DNA of 59,534 nucleotides, counting the filler, from Ionaspis alba (taxonomy: Eukaryota), in NCBI GenBank assembly GCA_964255285.1. It is 9 parts of 9 records of this genome, joined end to end, with 100 filler letters (N's around TTAATTAATTAA, not from the genome) between each part and the next. Parts side by side here need not be neighbours in the genome. Positions count along the whole stretch, not along the records: positions 53,067 to 59,534 come from CAXUUL010000916.1; 8 more parts are not named here. The stretch is one strand, 5' to 3'. A program made the position numbers and the translations under genes. This document shows positions 59,165 to 59,534 of the stretch, piece by piece. Position 1 is the first letter of the stretch. The number at the start of each line of letters is the position of its first letter. The notes beneath the pieces were generated by a model. That model saw nothing but the letters and a program-made list of their open reading frames with translations, did no database searches and was not told the origin of the DNA.

Positions 59165-59534
59165 CTAAAAAACATCCACCCCCCTACTCCCGAGATTCGC
59201 CCTTCCCCAAACCCTCCAAGGCCCATACGTCGGAAACTCGCTCCCACCCTTCTGAGTCACCGTCCTAGACGCAATCTCCACCCTAACAGCACCATTTGGC
59301 AAACTCGCCGGATCGATAACCGCATCATCGAAGCCCTGGCCCCGCCACTCCAATTTCTGCTTCAGCAAATGCAACACCTTGTTTGGCTTCAGATCTTGTA
59401 GTAGTGGGACCAGAGCGTGCGTAAGCGCCAACTGGGCGTGGGTGAGGGCATTGGGAGTTGTGGTCGTGGTCGTGGCGTTGACGTCTGCGAGGGCGTGGGC
59501 TTGTGGGCGGGGAGCTGAGGCAGGGGGGACGATG
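59165..59534 (-). CDS. Probable tyrosinase C-terminal (shielding) domain, 3' fragment
   Basis: LALTHALVPLLQDLKPNKVLHLLKQKLEWR...IDPASLP..VRVEIASRTV...FPTYGPW fits the fungal tyrosinase C-domain pattern (LT.AL...L.P..V...L...L.WR...FP.YG). The copper centre is not in the window. Confidence 0.6.
   Translation of the reverse strand, partial: IVPPASAPRPQAHALADVNATTTTTTPNALTHAQLALTHALVPLLQDLKPNKVLHLLKQKLEWRGQGFDDAVIDPASLPNGAVRVEIASRTVTQKGGSEFPTYGPWRVWGRANLGSRGVDVF

Noticed and set aside
20061..59534. A stress or light-response gene cluster (opsin, hydrophilin, metal ATPase, tyrosinase)
   Set aside because: The genes lie on different contigs ordered only by length.

Overview
This is eukaryotic DNA from a filamentous ascomycete (Pezizomycotina). 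The evidence is short GT-AG introns with CTRAY branch points and typical fungal gene families. A lichen-forming Lecanoromycete is plausible but is only an inference. The window is not one locus. It consists of nine unlinked contigs sorted by decreasing length (6602, 6599, 6559, 6532, 6525, 6496, 6477, 6476, 6468 bp) and joined by artificial 100-nt N44-TTAATTAATTAA-N44 linkers, so no synteny can be inferred across linkers. About 29 complete or truncated genes can be modelled. Housekeeping genes: YPT35, SAS4, EPT1/CPT1 fragment, SEC65, TAF4, CCT3, IKS1 kinase, a ribokinase and two RRM proteins. Other genes: a GPI-anchored wall protein, an NSP5-like Kelch propeller, an NmrA-like reductase, an FAD oxidoreductase-Rieske fusion, a PCA1-like heavy-metal ATPase fragment, an SLC35F transporter fragment, a 2EXR protein, a small secreted protein, a tyrosinase C-terminal fragment and several large disordered proteins I cannot assign. 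The strongest highlight is an intact 5-exon microbial rhodopsin with the DTD proton-pump motif (Leptosphaeria-rhodopsin type). Other signals worth follow-up are a probable dual-start (mitochondrial/cytosolic) FAD-Rieske enzyme, repeated sharp C/A-rich to G/T-rich strand-skew switches, and a possible accessory island. I found no tRNA, rRNA, CRISPR array or recognisable transposase. All family calls come from motif recognition, not database searches.
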